A stretch of 64,000 nt of DNA from Nitrospirota bacterium. GTDB lineage: Bacteria; Nitrospirota; Thermodesulfovibrionia; Thermodesulfovibrionales; Dissulfurispiraceae. Positions 35,982 through 46,054 of this stretch are shown one piece after another. The stretch's first letter is position 1. Each line of letters opens with the position of its first letter. Below the pieces are notes generated by a model. The model was not told the DNA's origin. It saw only the letters and a program-made list of their open reading frames with translations, and made no database searches. The position numbers and the translations under genes are program-made. The DNA lies in the NCBI GenBank assembly GCA_040758355.1, contig JBFLWF010000004.1, positions 32,001 to 96,000 of the forward strand, written 5' to 3'.

Positions 35982-37880
35982 ATGACATTCCACAAAAAAC
36001 TTACGAGACTCGACCTTACTCTAAAGGTCAGTATCTTAATAATCGTAATCGTACTTTCCACAAGCACTGTCCTGAACCTCGTATTTAGAGATTTTTTCAA
36101 GAATTATAGCATGGATGCCGTCTATCAGCATATCGTGTTTTTCTCAAGGACCGAAGGCAGACACTATGGTCACCACATCCTTGATGGGAACATCAAGATA
36201 ATACATAAGCACATACTGGATAACATATTGGCCCATAAAAACATCAATAATATCCACGTATACGACAGAGATGGCTGCCTGATCGTTGACAGATCTGGTT
36301 TAAAAAGAGAGAGACCCACTGATAAATGGATACAGGATTGTCTCAAATCTATGACAACGGTAAATAGGTTTGAGGGTTATCTTTTCAGGCACTTTGAGCC
36401 GATGACAGTTGAGGGGAAGGTAGCAGGCTTCCTGTATATAGAATTTAATGCTGATTTTCTGCTGACTGTACTGGCAAAGGGTAGAAACTTTTTTATTTAT
36501 ATGACAGGCATCCTAATATTGATTTTCGTATCGATAGGCGTGGTCATTTCAAAGAGGCTGATATCGCCGCTGATAGACATTACAGAGGCATCAAAGAGGG
36601 TTGCAGAAGGAGATCTTTCTGTATCTGTCCCTGTGAAAGCAAGGGATGAGCGAGGCATCCTGTCCGAAAACTTCAATCTGATGGTGAATAGACTGAAAGA
36701 AGCGCAGGCAGAGATTACAAACTATGCCAGAAATCTTGAGCATGTAGTAGAGCTGCGTACAGAGCGATTGAATAGTGCATTAAAGGAATTGCGGGAGGGG
36801 AAGGAATTCATTGAGAGGATATTCTCCACTGTCGGTGCATTGATTGTTGTTCTAAATGCAGAGGGAAGGATTGTTATGTTTAACAGGGAATGCGAGGATG
36901 TTACAGGATTCGGAGAGGATGAAGCGAAGGGGAAATATGTCTGGGACTTCCTCCTGCCAGAAAGATTCATCGCTCCTGTAATGGCGGTGTTTGCTGATCT
37001 GACAAACCAGAAATTACCCAATTCCCTTGAAAACCCATGGCTGACAAAAGACGGCAAAGAAAGGAATATACTCTGGAATAATACAGTTATCCCCGATGAA
37101 AATGGACAGATCAGATATGTTATCGGAACAGGCATCGACATCACAGAGAAAAAACTCATGGAAGAATACCTGATGGAATCCCAGAGATTGCGGTCAATAG
37201 CCACGCTTATAACAGGACTATCGCACAATTTCAATAATATACTCGTTGGCGTGCTTGGTTATGCAGGGCTGTTAAAGATGAAAATCGCATCTGGCGATAT
37301 TACTGACGCCGCGAAATATATCAAGATAATCGAGAGCTCTGCGGAAAAGGCATCAGATCTCATAAGACACCTTATGCTCTTCTCAAAAAAAGCAGAATAC
37401 GAGGTAAGAGAGATAAGTCTTAATGATGTTGTTAATGATGTCTTGAAAATAATTGCCCATTCATTTCTTTCATCCATCTCCATTAAAACCAACCTTCAGG
37501 AAGAACTTTATAAGATTAATGCCGACAGAAATAAGATACAGCAGGTCATCCTGAACATATGTCTCAATGCCAGGGATGCAATGCCCGAAGGCGGTGTATT
37601 AGAGATAGAGATATTCAATGAGGAGGTCTCAGAGGATATATTGCCGGTTAAGAAGGGCAGATATGCTGTCATAAGGATAAGCGACACAGGATGCGGCATG
37701 GATGAGGAGACAAAAGCGAGGATGTACGAGCCTTTCTTTACCACAAAAGGGCTGCTTGAGCACTTAGGCATGGGGCTTTCAATAGCATACAGCATTATTA
37801 AAGACCACAACGGCCATATCAGTGTTGACACCGAAATGGGCAGGGGAACGACCTTTAAAATCTATTTGCCGGCAGCATAG
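35982..37880 (+). CDS. HAMP-PAS sensor histidine kinase
   Basis: Two TMs, HAMP, PAS, SHNFNN, NARDAM, DTGCGM, PFFTTK. Confidence 0.9.
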   Translation: MTFHKKLTRLDLTLKVSILIIVIVLSTSTVLNLVFRDFFKNYSMDAVYQHIVFFSRTEGRHYGHHILDGNIKIIHKHILDNILAHKNINNIHVYDRDGCLIVDRSGLKRERPTDKWIQDCLKSMTTVNRFEGYLFRHFEPMTVEGKVAGFLYIEFNADFLLTVLAKGRNFFIYMTGILILIFVSIGVVISKRLISPLIDITEASKRVAEGDLSVSVPVKARDERGILSENFNLMVNRLKEAQAEITNYARNLEHVVELRTERLNSALKELREGKEFIERIFSTVGALIVVLNAEGRIVMFNRECEDVTGFGEDEAKGKYVWDFLLPERFIAPVMAVFADLTNQKLPNSLENPWLTKDGKERNILWNNTVIPDENGQIRYVIGTGIDITEKKLMEEYLMESQRLRSIATLITGLSHNFNNILVGVLGYAGLLKMKIASGDITDAAKYIKIIESSAEKASDLIRHLMLFSKKAEYEVREISLNDVVNDVLKIIAHSFLSSISIKTNLQEELYKINADRNKIQQVILNICLNARDAMPEGGVLEIEIFNEEVSEDILPVKKGRYAVIRISDTGCGMDEETKARMYEPFFTTKGLLEHLGMGLSIAYSIIKDHNGHISVDTEMGRGTTFKIYLPAA

Positions 37881-37951
37881 ATGGAGGGGCGAGGGGGTGC
37901 AAAGAAATAGATATGATGAAATGGCTCGAAATGATACAGCCTTCGGCGCGG

Positions 37952-37967
37952 TGGCATGCGCTTTGCA
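37952..37967 (+). promoter_or_regulatory. Sigma54 -24/-12 promoter
   Basis: TGGCATGCGCTTTGCA. Confidence 0.55.
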
Positions 37968-38032
37968 ACATATATTAAAATAAATAAAGTTATATGCTGG
38001 TTGCGGCATTATTGCCCCAAAATGTAGACTAA

Positions 38033-38464
38033 ATGTCCCTTATGAAACTTTTATATATCGCATTATCGTTGCTACTCCTCATATCATGCTCAAGGCAGCC
38101 TGTCTATCCGGTGCCTGCCATAGAGGGCACGGATATAGTTATAGATGCAGGGACGCTCGAGCCGGATATCCCAAAATTCTATACGTATCATTACCGTAAT
38201 AAGAATATAAACTTCTTTGTTATCAAGATAAACGGTAAAATCCTCTCGTTCCTCGATGCATGTATAAATTGTTATCCTGCAAAACTCGGGTACAGGTTTG
38301 ACAGCGGGTACATAATTTGCAAAAGATGTAGCGTGAGATATTCGGTATCCGAGGTAGAGAAGGGATTTGGCGGTTGCTTCCCGATTCGTATTTCAGGTCA
38401 TCTTAAAGGCAGCAAATACCTCATCCCTGTTTCAGTGCTCCAGAGAGAGTCTGGCAAGTTCTGA
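38033..38464 (+). CDS. DUF2318-like Fe-S/metal-binding lipoprotein
   Basis: Lipobox ISC; DACINC, ICKRC, GGCFP. Confidence 0.75.
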   Translation: MSLMKLLYIALSLLLLISCSRQPVYPVPAIEGTDIVIDAGTLEPDIPKFYTYHYRNKNINFFVIKINGKILSFLDACINCYPAKLGYRFDSGYIICKRCSVRYSVSEVEKGFGGCFPIRISGHLKGSKYLIPVSVLQRESGKF

Positions 38465-38524
38465 ACTGGGAATATGTGACTTAAGTTACTGACAGGTGTT
38501 TAATGATATGGATAAACTTTCCTT

Positions 38525-38634
38525 GCCCCTCCAAAACCCCTCAATGGCTGGGGCCTGTTTGGCATGAGACCTCCTTATTAAATACGGGCCCAGAGGGGAG
38601 TCGCGGGGGAGATAATTTCTCCCCCACTTTTTTT
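38525..38634 (+). ncRNA. Candidate small RNA with anti-Shine-Dalgarno loop
   Basis: Crp/Fnr-like site and promoter upstream, long hairpin exposing ACCTCCTTA, terminator 38606-38634. Confidence 0.45.
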
Positions 38635-38678
38635 AGGTTCTTGACGGAAGGCAGCAATAGAACATAAGATAAGTTATA

Positions 38679-39281
38679 GTGGTCAGGGAGCCTAAAAACT
38701 CAACAACTCTAATCAATGAAGTTGTTAATGATCGCAGAAAACTCAGGTCATTAATATCACTCCTGTACGATTCCGACATAGAAAATCGCTTCATGGCTGC
38801 AAAGGCATTAGGGGAAGTAGCCAGAGTCAAGCCCGAATTTATCATCTCCATATGGCGGCGCATCCTTGATGCAACCGACGATACCATGAGCTGCTGGGGA
38901 GTTGCAGAGGCCCTCGGAGAGATTGCGAGGAACATGCCTGAACTAAGGGGAAAGATCCTTCTTAGATTAAGAAAATTTCAAAAAGACGAGTCCACCTGTC
39001 AGGGATTTATATGGGCAATTTGCAGGATAGGACAGGTGGAGATAGATCGTGTAAAAGAGTTCATGCCTGATTTGATAAGTTTTCTTGAATCGAGAGAGCC
39101 ATGTATGTTGGGTCAGGCAATATGGGCACTGGGTGAATTAAGAATAACAGAGGCAATGGATAAGATAAAAACCTTTCTTAACGACAACAGGCAGACATGG
39201 GTTTATAACAACGACTCGGCATGCATAAAGACCGTCGGTCAAATTGCAGAAGAAGCTGTTAGGAAACTAAATAATTTTTGA
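38679..39281 (+). CDS. HEAT-repeat protein (DVU0298-like)
   Basis: Repeated AAKALGE / AEALGEI / AIWALGEL. Confidence 0.75.
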   Translation: MVREPKNSTTLINEVVNDRRKLRSLISLLYDSDIENRFMAAKALGEVARVKPEFIISIWRRILDATDDTMSCWGVAEALGEIARNMPELRGKILLRLRKFQKDESTCQGFIWAICRIGQVEIDRVKEFMPDLISFLESREPCMLGQAIWALGELRITEAMDKIKTFLNDNRQTWVYNNDSACIKTVGQIAEEAVRKLNNF

Positions 39282-39304
39282 GCTGTATCAGTAATTTTTC
39301 CCTA

Positions 39305-39320
39305 TATGATTTACATCATA
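39305..39320 (+). promoter_or_regulatory. Crp/Fnr-family operator
   Basis: TATGAT-N4-ATCATA palindrome about 42 nt upstream of the predicted start (-10 TACTCT at 39343). Confidence 0.6.
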
Positions 39321-39382
39321 GCACTGACCTGCCAATCGGCTGTACTCTAATAATAGAATCACAAAAAATTTGGAGGTAAACC

Positions 39383-39829
39383 ATGATTAACGAATGTCCA
39401 TCATGTTCAACAATTGGAGTAGTACAGGATAGCGCAGAGGCAAGTTATAAGCTCTCGCACTGGCCTATACAGATTAAGCTCATAGGAACGGTTGCTCCGT
39501 TCCTGAACAATGCAGACCTGCTTGTAGCAGCCGACTGCACAGCCTTTGCAGGCACAGAAGTTTACAGGAACTATATGAAGGATAAAAAGGTCCTCATAGG
39601 CTGCCCCAAGCTGGACGACGCAATGTTTTATGTGGATAAGTTCACAGAGATATTCAGCAACATTCCTATTCAGAAGGTCACATGCCTGAGGATGGAGGTT
39701 CCGTGCTGCGGCGGGATGACGGCGGTTTTGAAGGAGGCGATAAACAGGTCTGGCAAAAATATACCTCTGACTGAAACGATCATCGGCGTGAAAGGCGATC
39801 TGCTTGGTGAAAGAACGATCATTGAGTAG
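39383..39829 (+). CDS. Cys-rich Fe-S protein (hcp-associated ferredoxin C-terminal-like domain)
   Basis: HWPIQIKL, AADC, GCPKLD, MEVPCCGG. Confidence 0.75.
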   Translation: MINECPSCSTIGVVQDSAEASYKLSHWPIQIKLIGTVAPFLNNADLLVAADCTAFAGTEVYRNYMKDKKVLIGCPKLDDAMFYVDKFTEIFSNIPIQKVTCLRMEVPCCGGMTAVLKEAINRSGKNIPLTETIIGVKGDLLGERTIIE

Positions 39830-39831
39830 AG

Positions 39832-40221
39832 ATGGCAAAGATCGATGGTAAATGCAGAGAGGTAATGGATAAAACAGAATGGGTTGCCATCGTGACCTCT
39901 GGTGCCGATGGCCCCAATCTGGTAGCGACATGGGGAGAGTATGTGAGAACCATCGGGATAAAAGATGGTGAAGTAATTATCATCCCGGCAGGGGCGTACC
40001 ACAAAACAGAGGAAAATCTAAAAAACAATAATCGTATAGAACTTTTAATTGCCTCAAAACAGGTACAGGGAGCATACAGTCGTCTCGGACAGGGTTGTAA
40101 AATTTCCGGGAAAGGTGAAATTCAAGTCAAAGGGGAAATAGCCGAGATGGTAAAGGCGAAATTTCCCTGGGCAAGAGGAGCACTTGTTATAAAAGTGGAA
40201 GAAGTTAGAAGCCAGCTCTAA
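39832..40221 (+). CDS. FMN-binding split-barrel (pyridoxamine 5'-phosphate oxidase-like) protein
   Basis: AIVT...PNLVATW, IPAG, TEENL, FPWARGAL. Confidence 0.75.
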   Translation: MAKIDGKCREVMDKTEWVAIVTSGADGPNLVATWGEYVRTIGIKDGEVIIIPAGAYHKTEENLKNNNRIELLIASKQVQGAYSRLGQGCKISGKGEIQVKGEIAEMVKAKFPWARGALVIKVEEVRSQL

Positions 40222-40226
40222 GACTA

Positions 40227-41834
40227 CTATTTCACCTTTGCAAGTATCTTGATAAATGCCTTCAGAATTTCAGGGTCGTAGTTCCTTGCCTCTTTTGCGA
40301 AGACCGTCAGGGCCTGAAAGGGCGTCATGTTCGCCCTGTAAGGCCTGTTTGTCGTCAGTAGGTCGTATGCATCGGCAATGGCAGTTATTTTTCCGAAGAT
40401 CGGTATCTTATCCCCTGACACCCCGTGCGGATACCCCTTGCCTGTGAGTTTTTCGTGATGGTGCAAAACAGCCGAATACGACTCTATAGGAATGGCTTCA
40501 TGTTTGCGCAGTATTTTTACGCCCTCGGTTACATGGGTTTTAAATATCTCAAACTCTCTCATGCCCAATCTTCCCTGCTTGTTCACTATGTCCTCGCTGA
40601 TGGCGCCATGTCCTATATCATGCAGCAATGCACCGATTCCAAGCTTCTCGATGTTATCCCGGTTAAGACCCAATGCAACCCCTGCGCCTATGCTCATTAC
40701 AGCCACATTGACCGAGTGGATATGGGTGTAATAGTCACCGCTGTTCAGTGAAAAGAGGATATAAACAGAGTCGTTATTTTCCATGATACAATCGATAATC
40801 CGGTTTGCGATTGTAATGGCTGCCTGCATCTTTTCTTTATCTTCAGGGCTTGCAAGGAGTTCGCTTATTACTATATTGGCATTTTCTTTCAATATGTGTG
40901 TCTTTTTTAGATTATCGGATGCAGAGAATATGGCATGGAGCTTCTTTTGATAAACCGGCATATCGGATTTTTTTATGAGGATATGTTTTGCTGTATTCAG
41001 ATTATTTTCATCCACTGTGACTATTTTTTCAGGAGAGGCCTCGATAAGAGGGTCGTATACGAAATCGTTTGCCGTGAACAGACTGAAATCTATATCCTTC
41101 ATTTGTAAAAGAACGGTTTTATCCACGGGGTGATAGCTCTTTTTATTGAAGGAATACTCTTTAAATGAGACAATGTCCTCCCTATCGAAGACCTTCCTTT
41201 TTACCCTGTTCTTTTCGACATAGTCGTCGAGGGAGGATAGTTCGTCGGCCCTTATATAGATTCTGGATATGCCTTTCTCTTCGAAAAACTCCTGGGCAAT
41301 GCTGTCGCACGACAGCCCCTCTGCAAATAGATACTTTATCCCTTCTTCATCTCTTGTAAAAATCTCAAATGGGAACAATGTGCCATCGATGAGTTTGTTC
41401 AGGGGTATGTCTGTAAATTTTGTGTCAAAGTTAATCTGGTTTTTCTTCAAGAGTTCCCTTTCCCACTGGAAGACGAAGTTTATTATTAATTCCCTTATCT
41501 TATCGCTTGTATTGATGAACTTTATGAATGTCTGATAATGGTTGTTTTTTGTTTTTTCAACCCTGAGGACTTCTCCATAAACCCAGATGGTGATCTTTGA
41601 CGGCAGGTACAGGGCCATTATCATTTCGAGCATGTCGCCCCTGCTGTATTCCTTTGCGGACTTGAAACTCATGCCGCCTCCGCTTATATTGACGATGCAT
41701 GGCTTCAAGTCGCTGAAATCCTCTACCCTTGCAGCCACAGAATCCTTCAGGTGCGGCGGTACGACATTCACTTTCAACGGTATAAAGGTATCTATTCTGA
41801 AATATTCTCTTTTGTAAGTAGCCTTTCCTGCCAT
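40227..41834 (-). CDS. PilZ + HD-GYP c-di-GMP phosphodiesterase
   Basis: REYFR and NISGGG (PilZ); LLHDIG, HHEKLTGKGYP, ADAYD, RPYR. Confidence 0.88.
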   Translation of the reverse strand: MAGKATYKREYFRIDTFIPLKVNVVPPHLKDSVAARVEDFSDLKPCIVNISGGGMSFKSAKEYSRGDMLEMIMALYLPSKITIWVYGEVLRVEKTKNNHYQTFIKFINTSDKIRELIINFVFQWERELLKKNQINFDTKFTDIPLNKLIDGTLFPFEIFTRDEEGIKYLFAEGLSCDSIAQEFFEEKGISRIYIRADELSSLDDYVEKNRVKRKVFDREDIVSFKEYSFNKKSYHPVDKTVLLQMKDIDFSLFTANDFVYDPLIEASPEKIVTVDENNLNTAKHILIKKSDMPVYQKKLHAIFSASDNLKKTHILKENANIVISELLASPEDKEKMQAAITIANRIIDCIMENNDSVYILFSLNSGDYYTHIHSVNVAVMSIGAGVALGLNRDNIEKLGIGALLHDIGHGAISEDIVNKQGRLGMREFEIFKTHVTEGVKILRKHEAIPIESYSAVLHHHEKLTGKGYPHGVSGDKIPIFGKITAIADAYDLLTTNRPYRANMTPFQALTVFAKEARNYDPEILKAFIKILAKVK

Positions 41835-41855
41835 TTTTAATTATGACAGTTGGAT

Positions 41856-43217
41856 TTAACTATTTTCCAGCCCGTATTTTTTCAGTTTTCTCCACAGGGA
41901 TACCCGGTCTATGCCGAGTATCTGTGCTGCAATAGTCTTATTGCCGCCCACTTCGTTTAACACCCACTGGATGTAAGCCGTCTCCTGATCCTCGAGGGAG
42001 GGAATCTTGCCCTCCTTCTTTCTGAATGTCTTTATGTTCAACTCACGAAGGTCTTCAGGGAGATGGGCAATCTCTATAACATTTTCTGTAGTGAGGGCGA
42101 CTCCCCTTTCTATTATATTTTCGAGCTCCCTCACATTGCCGGGAAAGTCATAGTTCATCAATATGGCAATCACATCATGGGAAATTTCCGTGACGTCTTT
42201 TTTCATAAGAGCAGCATATTTTTTTAAAAAGTAGTAGCTCAGGAGCGGTATGTCATCCTTCCTTTCGGAAAGGGGCGAAATATAGAGCGAGACAACATTG
42301 AGCCTGAAATAAAGGTCCTGCCTGAATTGTCCGCCCTTTATAGCATCCTGAACATCCCTGTTCGTTGCTGCTATGAATCTCACATCCACCTTTATCGGCT
42401 TTGTTGCACCGAGCCTCAGCACTTCCCTCTCCTGAATAACCCTCAATAACTTAACCTGCATGGATGGGGGCATCTCTGTTATCTCGTCCAAAAACAGCGT
42501 CCCGCCGGATGCCATTTCTATCAACCCCTTTTTCATCGTGGTTGCGCCTGTAAATGCACCTTTTTCGTGGCCGAACAATTCATTGCCGAGGAGTTCTTCT
42601 GTGAATGCACCGCAGTTTATTGCAAAGAAAGGCCCCTCCGACCGTTTGCTGTTGAAGTGTATATAGCGTGCAAAAAGCTCCTTGCCTGTGCCGCTCTCAC
42701 CGCTTATAAGTACATTGCAGTCTGTCGGCGCAATCTGCCTTGCCGTATCAAGAAGCCTTTGCATATTGGCATCCTGAGTAATTATTTTTACCTTTCCCTG
42801 ATATTTTTCTATCTGCTCCCTTAACTGGGCATTTTCCTTTTTGAGCCTTACCTTTTCGCATGCCTCTCTTACGACCTTTCTTACCTCGTCAAGTTTGAAT
42901 GGTTTTGCGATGTAATAGAATGCGCCCTGTTTCATTGCGTTTACTGCCGACTCAAGGGTTGCATAGCCTGTTATCATTATTACCTCTGTGTCTGGATAAA
43001 GCTCATGGCATCGCTTCAATATCTGCATGCCGTCGACCTTTTCCATCCTTAAATCTGTAAGCACAACATCGAACCTCTGCTCATTGAGCAATTTTAAGGC
43101 ATTCTGTCCGCTCTGCGTTCCGACTACTTCATAGCCCTCCTTTTTCATCACATGTTCGAGATTCTTAAGGGCAATCTTTTCGTCATCAACTATTAATATC
43201 GTTGTATGGTTTTGCAT
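41856..43217 (-). CDS. Sigma54-dependent NtrC-family response regulator
   Basis: Receiver, GESGTGKE, GAFTGA, Fis-type HTH. Confidence 0.93.
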   Translation of the reverse strand: MQNHTTILIVDDEKIALKNLEHVMKKEGYEVVGTQSGQNALKLLNEQRFDVVLTDLRMEKVDGMQILKRCHELYPDTEVIMITGYATLESAVNAMKQGAFYYIAKPFKLDEVRKVVREACEKVRLKKENAQLREQIEKYQGKVKIITQDANMQRLLDTARQIAPTDCNVLISGESGTGKELFARYIHFNSKRSEGPFFAINCGAFTEELLGNELFGHEKGAFTGATTMKKGLIEMASGGTLFLDEITEMPPSMQVKLLRVIQEREVLRLGATKPIKVDVRFIAATNRDVQDAIKGGQFRQDLYFRLNVVSLYISPLSERKDDIPLLSYYFLKKYAALMKKDVTEISHDVIAILMNYDFPGNVRELENIIERGVALTTENVIEIAHLPEDLRELNIKTFRKKEGKIPSLEDQETAYIQWVLNEVGGNKTIAAQILGIDRVSLWRKLKKYGLENS

Positions 43218-43238
43218 TGTCATTACTCCTTTACTCAT

Positions 43239-44723
43239 CTACTCTTTTATCGGCAATCTTATTAAAAACGTCGTCCCTTTTCCTGCCTCGCTGTCTACAG
43301 CAATGCAGCCGTCATGCTCTTCTATGATTTCGTGGACAATGAATAATCCCAATCCAGAACCTTTCCCAACATCCTTTGTGGTGAAGAATGGGTCGAATAC
43401 CTTTGACAATAACTCATGTGGTATTCCTTCTCCTGTATCCCTTATCTCGATGTCCACGGTATCCTCTTCGAGAGTACACTTGCCGCGATACTTGAGATAG
43501 TTGTATATCTCTGTTTCGGCCTCTATCTTATCAATTGCCCTCCGCTTCTGCGCCCTGATAGATACGGTTCCCTCATCGGCAATGGATTCTATTGCGTTTT
43601 TTATGAGGTTCAGGAATGCCTGTTGTATTCGCTGTTTATCCGCGAAAATGAAGATGTCATCCAGCATGTCGATGCCTATGCTCACCTTTGTTGGAACCTG
43701 TCCCTTTACGAACCTGATGGTCTCTTCAAAGAGGGTTCTTAAGGGAATCTTTTCTTTTTTGAACTCCTTATCGCGCGAGAATTCCAGCAGGGAGCGGACT
43801 ATATTCCGGGCCCTATCTGTCTGTTCTTCTATCTGCAGCAGGAGATCCTTTTTATATTCCATATGGGCATCTTCGATTTCCTCTTTAAGTATTTCGCATG
43901 ATGTGGATATGTTTGACAAAGGATTATTCAGCTCGTGGGCGACTCCTGAAAGGAGTGTTCCGAGGGATGTGAGTTTTTCCGATTGTACGAGATGCCTCTG
44001 CCTCAATTCCAGTTCCCTGAGCATTTTGTTAAAGGCATTGGTGAGTGAAACGATTTCCCTGTCCTTTGATCTTATCTGTATGCTCTCGAATTTTCCTTCT
44101 GCAATTACTTCCATGCTGTTTTCGAGTTGTTTGAGCGGCCTGACGACCATTCTCGAAAGCACCTGTCCGATGGCTATGCCTAAAAGCGAGAGGGAGATAA
44201 TCGAAAAGATGAGGATGCTCTGTGAATTGTACAGCATCGCCTGAAGATTTCTTCTCTCTGCCTTTGATATGTCTTCGGCTGCTGTTATTATGTCCTTGCC
44301 GGTTTTTCTTATTTTACCCTCAAGGATTGTTTTTTGAATGCTGTGCCTTCTGTTTAAGCCGGCATATTCTTCCACAAGTTCTTTATATAGTTTAAGATCG
44401 TTTTTTAGGGATGATATCTGCTGTGGGCTGGCAATTGTTTCGAAGCCCTCGATATTTTTTTCGAGCAAGTCCTGTGCTTTTTTTACATACTCGGTGTTTT
44501 CGTAATAATCTGCCTCCTGGTTGTACAGAAAGTAATTCTTTTCAAACCTCCTGATCTCCAGCGTTGTGTCGAAAAATTCCGATATGGCTTCCCCGAACAT
44601 TATCTTTTTTTCCATGAACCTGAGCTCTATAAATGTGAATATAGACAGGCCGATTATGAGGGCCAGTATGGCGTAATAACCAAATGTAATCTTCTGTCTT
44701 ATGCTCGGCTGGTATTTAAACAT
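43239..44723 (-). CDS. HAMP sensor histidine kinase
   Basis: AHELNNPL, NAIE, DTGEG, PFFTTK, GSGLGL. Confidence 0.92.
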   Translation of the reverse strand: MFKYQPSIRQKITFGYYAILALIIGLSIFTFIELRFMEKKIMFGEAISEFFDTTLEIRRFEKNYFLYNQEADYYENTEYVKKAQDLLEKNIEGFETIASPQQISSLKNDLKLYKELVEEYAGLNRRHSIQKTILEGKIRKTGKDIITAAEDISKAERRNLQAMLYNSQSILIFSIISLSLLGIAIGQVLSRMVVRPLKQLENSMEVIAEGKFESIQIRSKDREIVSLTNAFNKMLRELELRQRHLVQSEKLTSLGTLLSGVAHELNNPLSNISTSCEILKEEIEDAHMEYKKDLLLQIEEQTDRARNIVRSLLEFSRDKEFKKEKIPLRTLFEETIRFVKGQVPTKVSIGIDMLDDIFIFADKQRIQQAFLNLIKNAIESIADEGTVSIRAQKRRAIDKIEAETEIYNYLKYRGKCTLEEDTVDIEIRDTGEGIPHELLSKVFDPFFTTKDVGKGSGLGLFIVHEIIEEHDGCIAVDSEAGKGTTFLIRLPIKE

Positions 44724-44838
44724 GTCTTATTTTAACAGTCCCGTATTGCAAAAAGCAACATGATTCATTTTAGGTGCAACGGTTGGATTTTTCAGGCGGT
44801 ATTTAATCCCGATTATTCGCAAATTAAGACGGCCATGC

Positions 44839-44902
44839 CGGAAGGCAAAGCATTGGAGCGACTTCGGCAGCCCATGCGTAACATGGATGTTTAAGCGGGC
44901 TG
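44839..44902. repeat. Inverted partial copy of the 26575-26702 repeat
   Basis: 55/64 identical to the reverse complement of 26638-26701. Confidence 0.7.
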
Positions 44903-44922
44903 GCGCTGTTTCGGGAGCCACA

Positions 44923-45029
44923 GTTGCAATCTGCAACAAAAGACCGATTTTAGGAAAATCTTGCAACACCAGAAAACGCAAATAAATCAAATGGTTATAG
45001 TGAGTTCTCCATCTGGCACGGAAAATGAT
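44923..45029 (+). promoter_or_regulatory. Probable enhancer palindrome plus sigma54 promoter
   Basis: GTTGCA-ATC-TGCAAC at 44923; CTGGCACG -24 box at 45013 with a degenerate -12. Confidence 0.5.
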
Positions 45030-45069
45030 ATTAGGAAAGGTAAAAATCAACAAAAAGGAGGAGTGAAAG

Positions 45070-45240
45070 ATGAAGGGTTTAACGGAAAAGCTGGAGAGAA
45101 TATTCTCGGCGGTAACATTTGCTGAGGCGGGAGAGTCCGAGACCGCAAGACAGACGCTGAAGGAAGAAGTAGAGGCCGAAAAGCCTGCTGTCAAATCTCA
45201 AAAGGGCATTCGGGTTCCGGTAACTGCAACCGAGTCATAA
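45070..45240 (+). CDS. 56-aa protein with AVTFAEAGE motif (not in ORF track)
   Basis: AAGGAGGAG RBS; MKGLTEKLERIFSAVTFAEAGESETARQ...; motif shared with the ORFs at 45249 and 51249. Confidence 0.7.
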   Translation: MKGLTEKLERIFSAVTFAEAGESETARQTLKEEVEAEKPAVKSQKGIRVPVTATES

Positions 45241-45248
45241 GGCAGGTT

Positions 45249-45719
45249 ATGGCGAAGCTGAGTAAGAAAATCGAGGACTTGATGTCGGCAGTCTCTTTTG
45301 CGGAAGAAGGTGAGTTCGATACTGCAAAGGAGATGTTAAAGGAAGAAAGAAGGGTGCTGTTGGCTGTGAAAAAAGGGCAGATGGATAAGAAGACATTCAG
45401 ATATGCCGTAAATGCCTGTAAAAGGATCGGTGCACATCTGGACATCCTTTGCATATCTCCTATAGAGGTCGCAGACCCTGTCCTTGAGGAATGCCTTTCA
45501 GAGATAAAGAGGGAAGGCATAAATTACAGACTGATGTATAAAAACGGCTGCTTAAAACAGGAAATAATCGACTACACAAATTCGAAAAAGGGAGTACTCT
45601 TTGCCGTCACCGAGTCTTCAGACTATCTGAATGTTGATTGCAGAGGCAAGGGTAAAAAGCTTTCCGAGGCGTGGCAGAATCTCAAGTGCCCGCTCGTGGT
45701 GGTTGCAGGCGGAGTCTAA
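45249..45719 (+). CDS. FAE-motif protein with degenerate Usp-like domain
   Basis: SAVSFAEEGEFDTAKE; ends CPLVVV. Confidence 0.7.
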   Translation: MAKLSKKIEDLMSAVSFAEEGEFDTAKEMLKEERRVLLAVKKGQMDKKTFRYAVNACKRIGAHLDILCISPIEVADPVLEECLSEIKREGINYRLMYKNGCLKQEIIDYTNSKKGVLFAVTESSDYLNVDCRGKGKKLSEAWQNLKCPLVVVAGGV

Positions 45720-45804
45720 ATAAGTAATTAAGTAAATGGGTGAATAAGTGATAACTCAATAACTTAATAACTTAATAACTTAAACATAAGAAGGAGGAAA
45801 TAAA

Positions 45805-46053
45805 ATGGGGAGTGGTTATGGAAAGAAGAAGCCCATTGGAAAGATGGTAATCATGGGCATTGTTTCGATAGCGCTGTATACAGCACTGCTGTTGAATCAA
45901 GAGACATTTAATAATTATTTCGGGAGAGGCGGCTTATACACCATACTGCCTATAGCAACAGCGTTTATATTCTCTTTCATACATGGTTCCTTTACAGGTA
46001 ATTTCTGGACAGTTCTGGGAGTAGAAGCTGCCAAGAAGAAGGAGGTCAAATAG
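45805..46053 (+). CDS. Small two-TM membrane protein
   Basis: AGGAGG RBS; FSFIHGSFTGNFW. Confidence 0.75.
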   Translation: MGSGYGKKKPIGKMVIMGIVSIALYTALLLNQETFNNYFGRGGLYTILPIATAFIFSFIHGSFTGNFWTVLGVEAAKKKEVK

Positions 46054-46054
46054 G

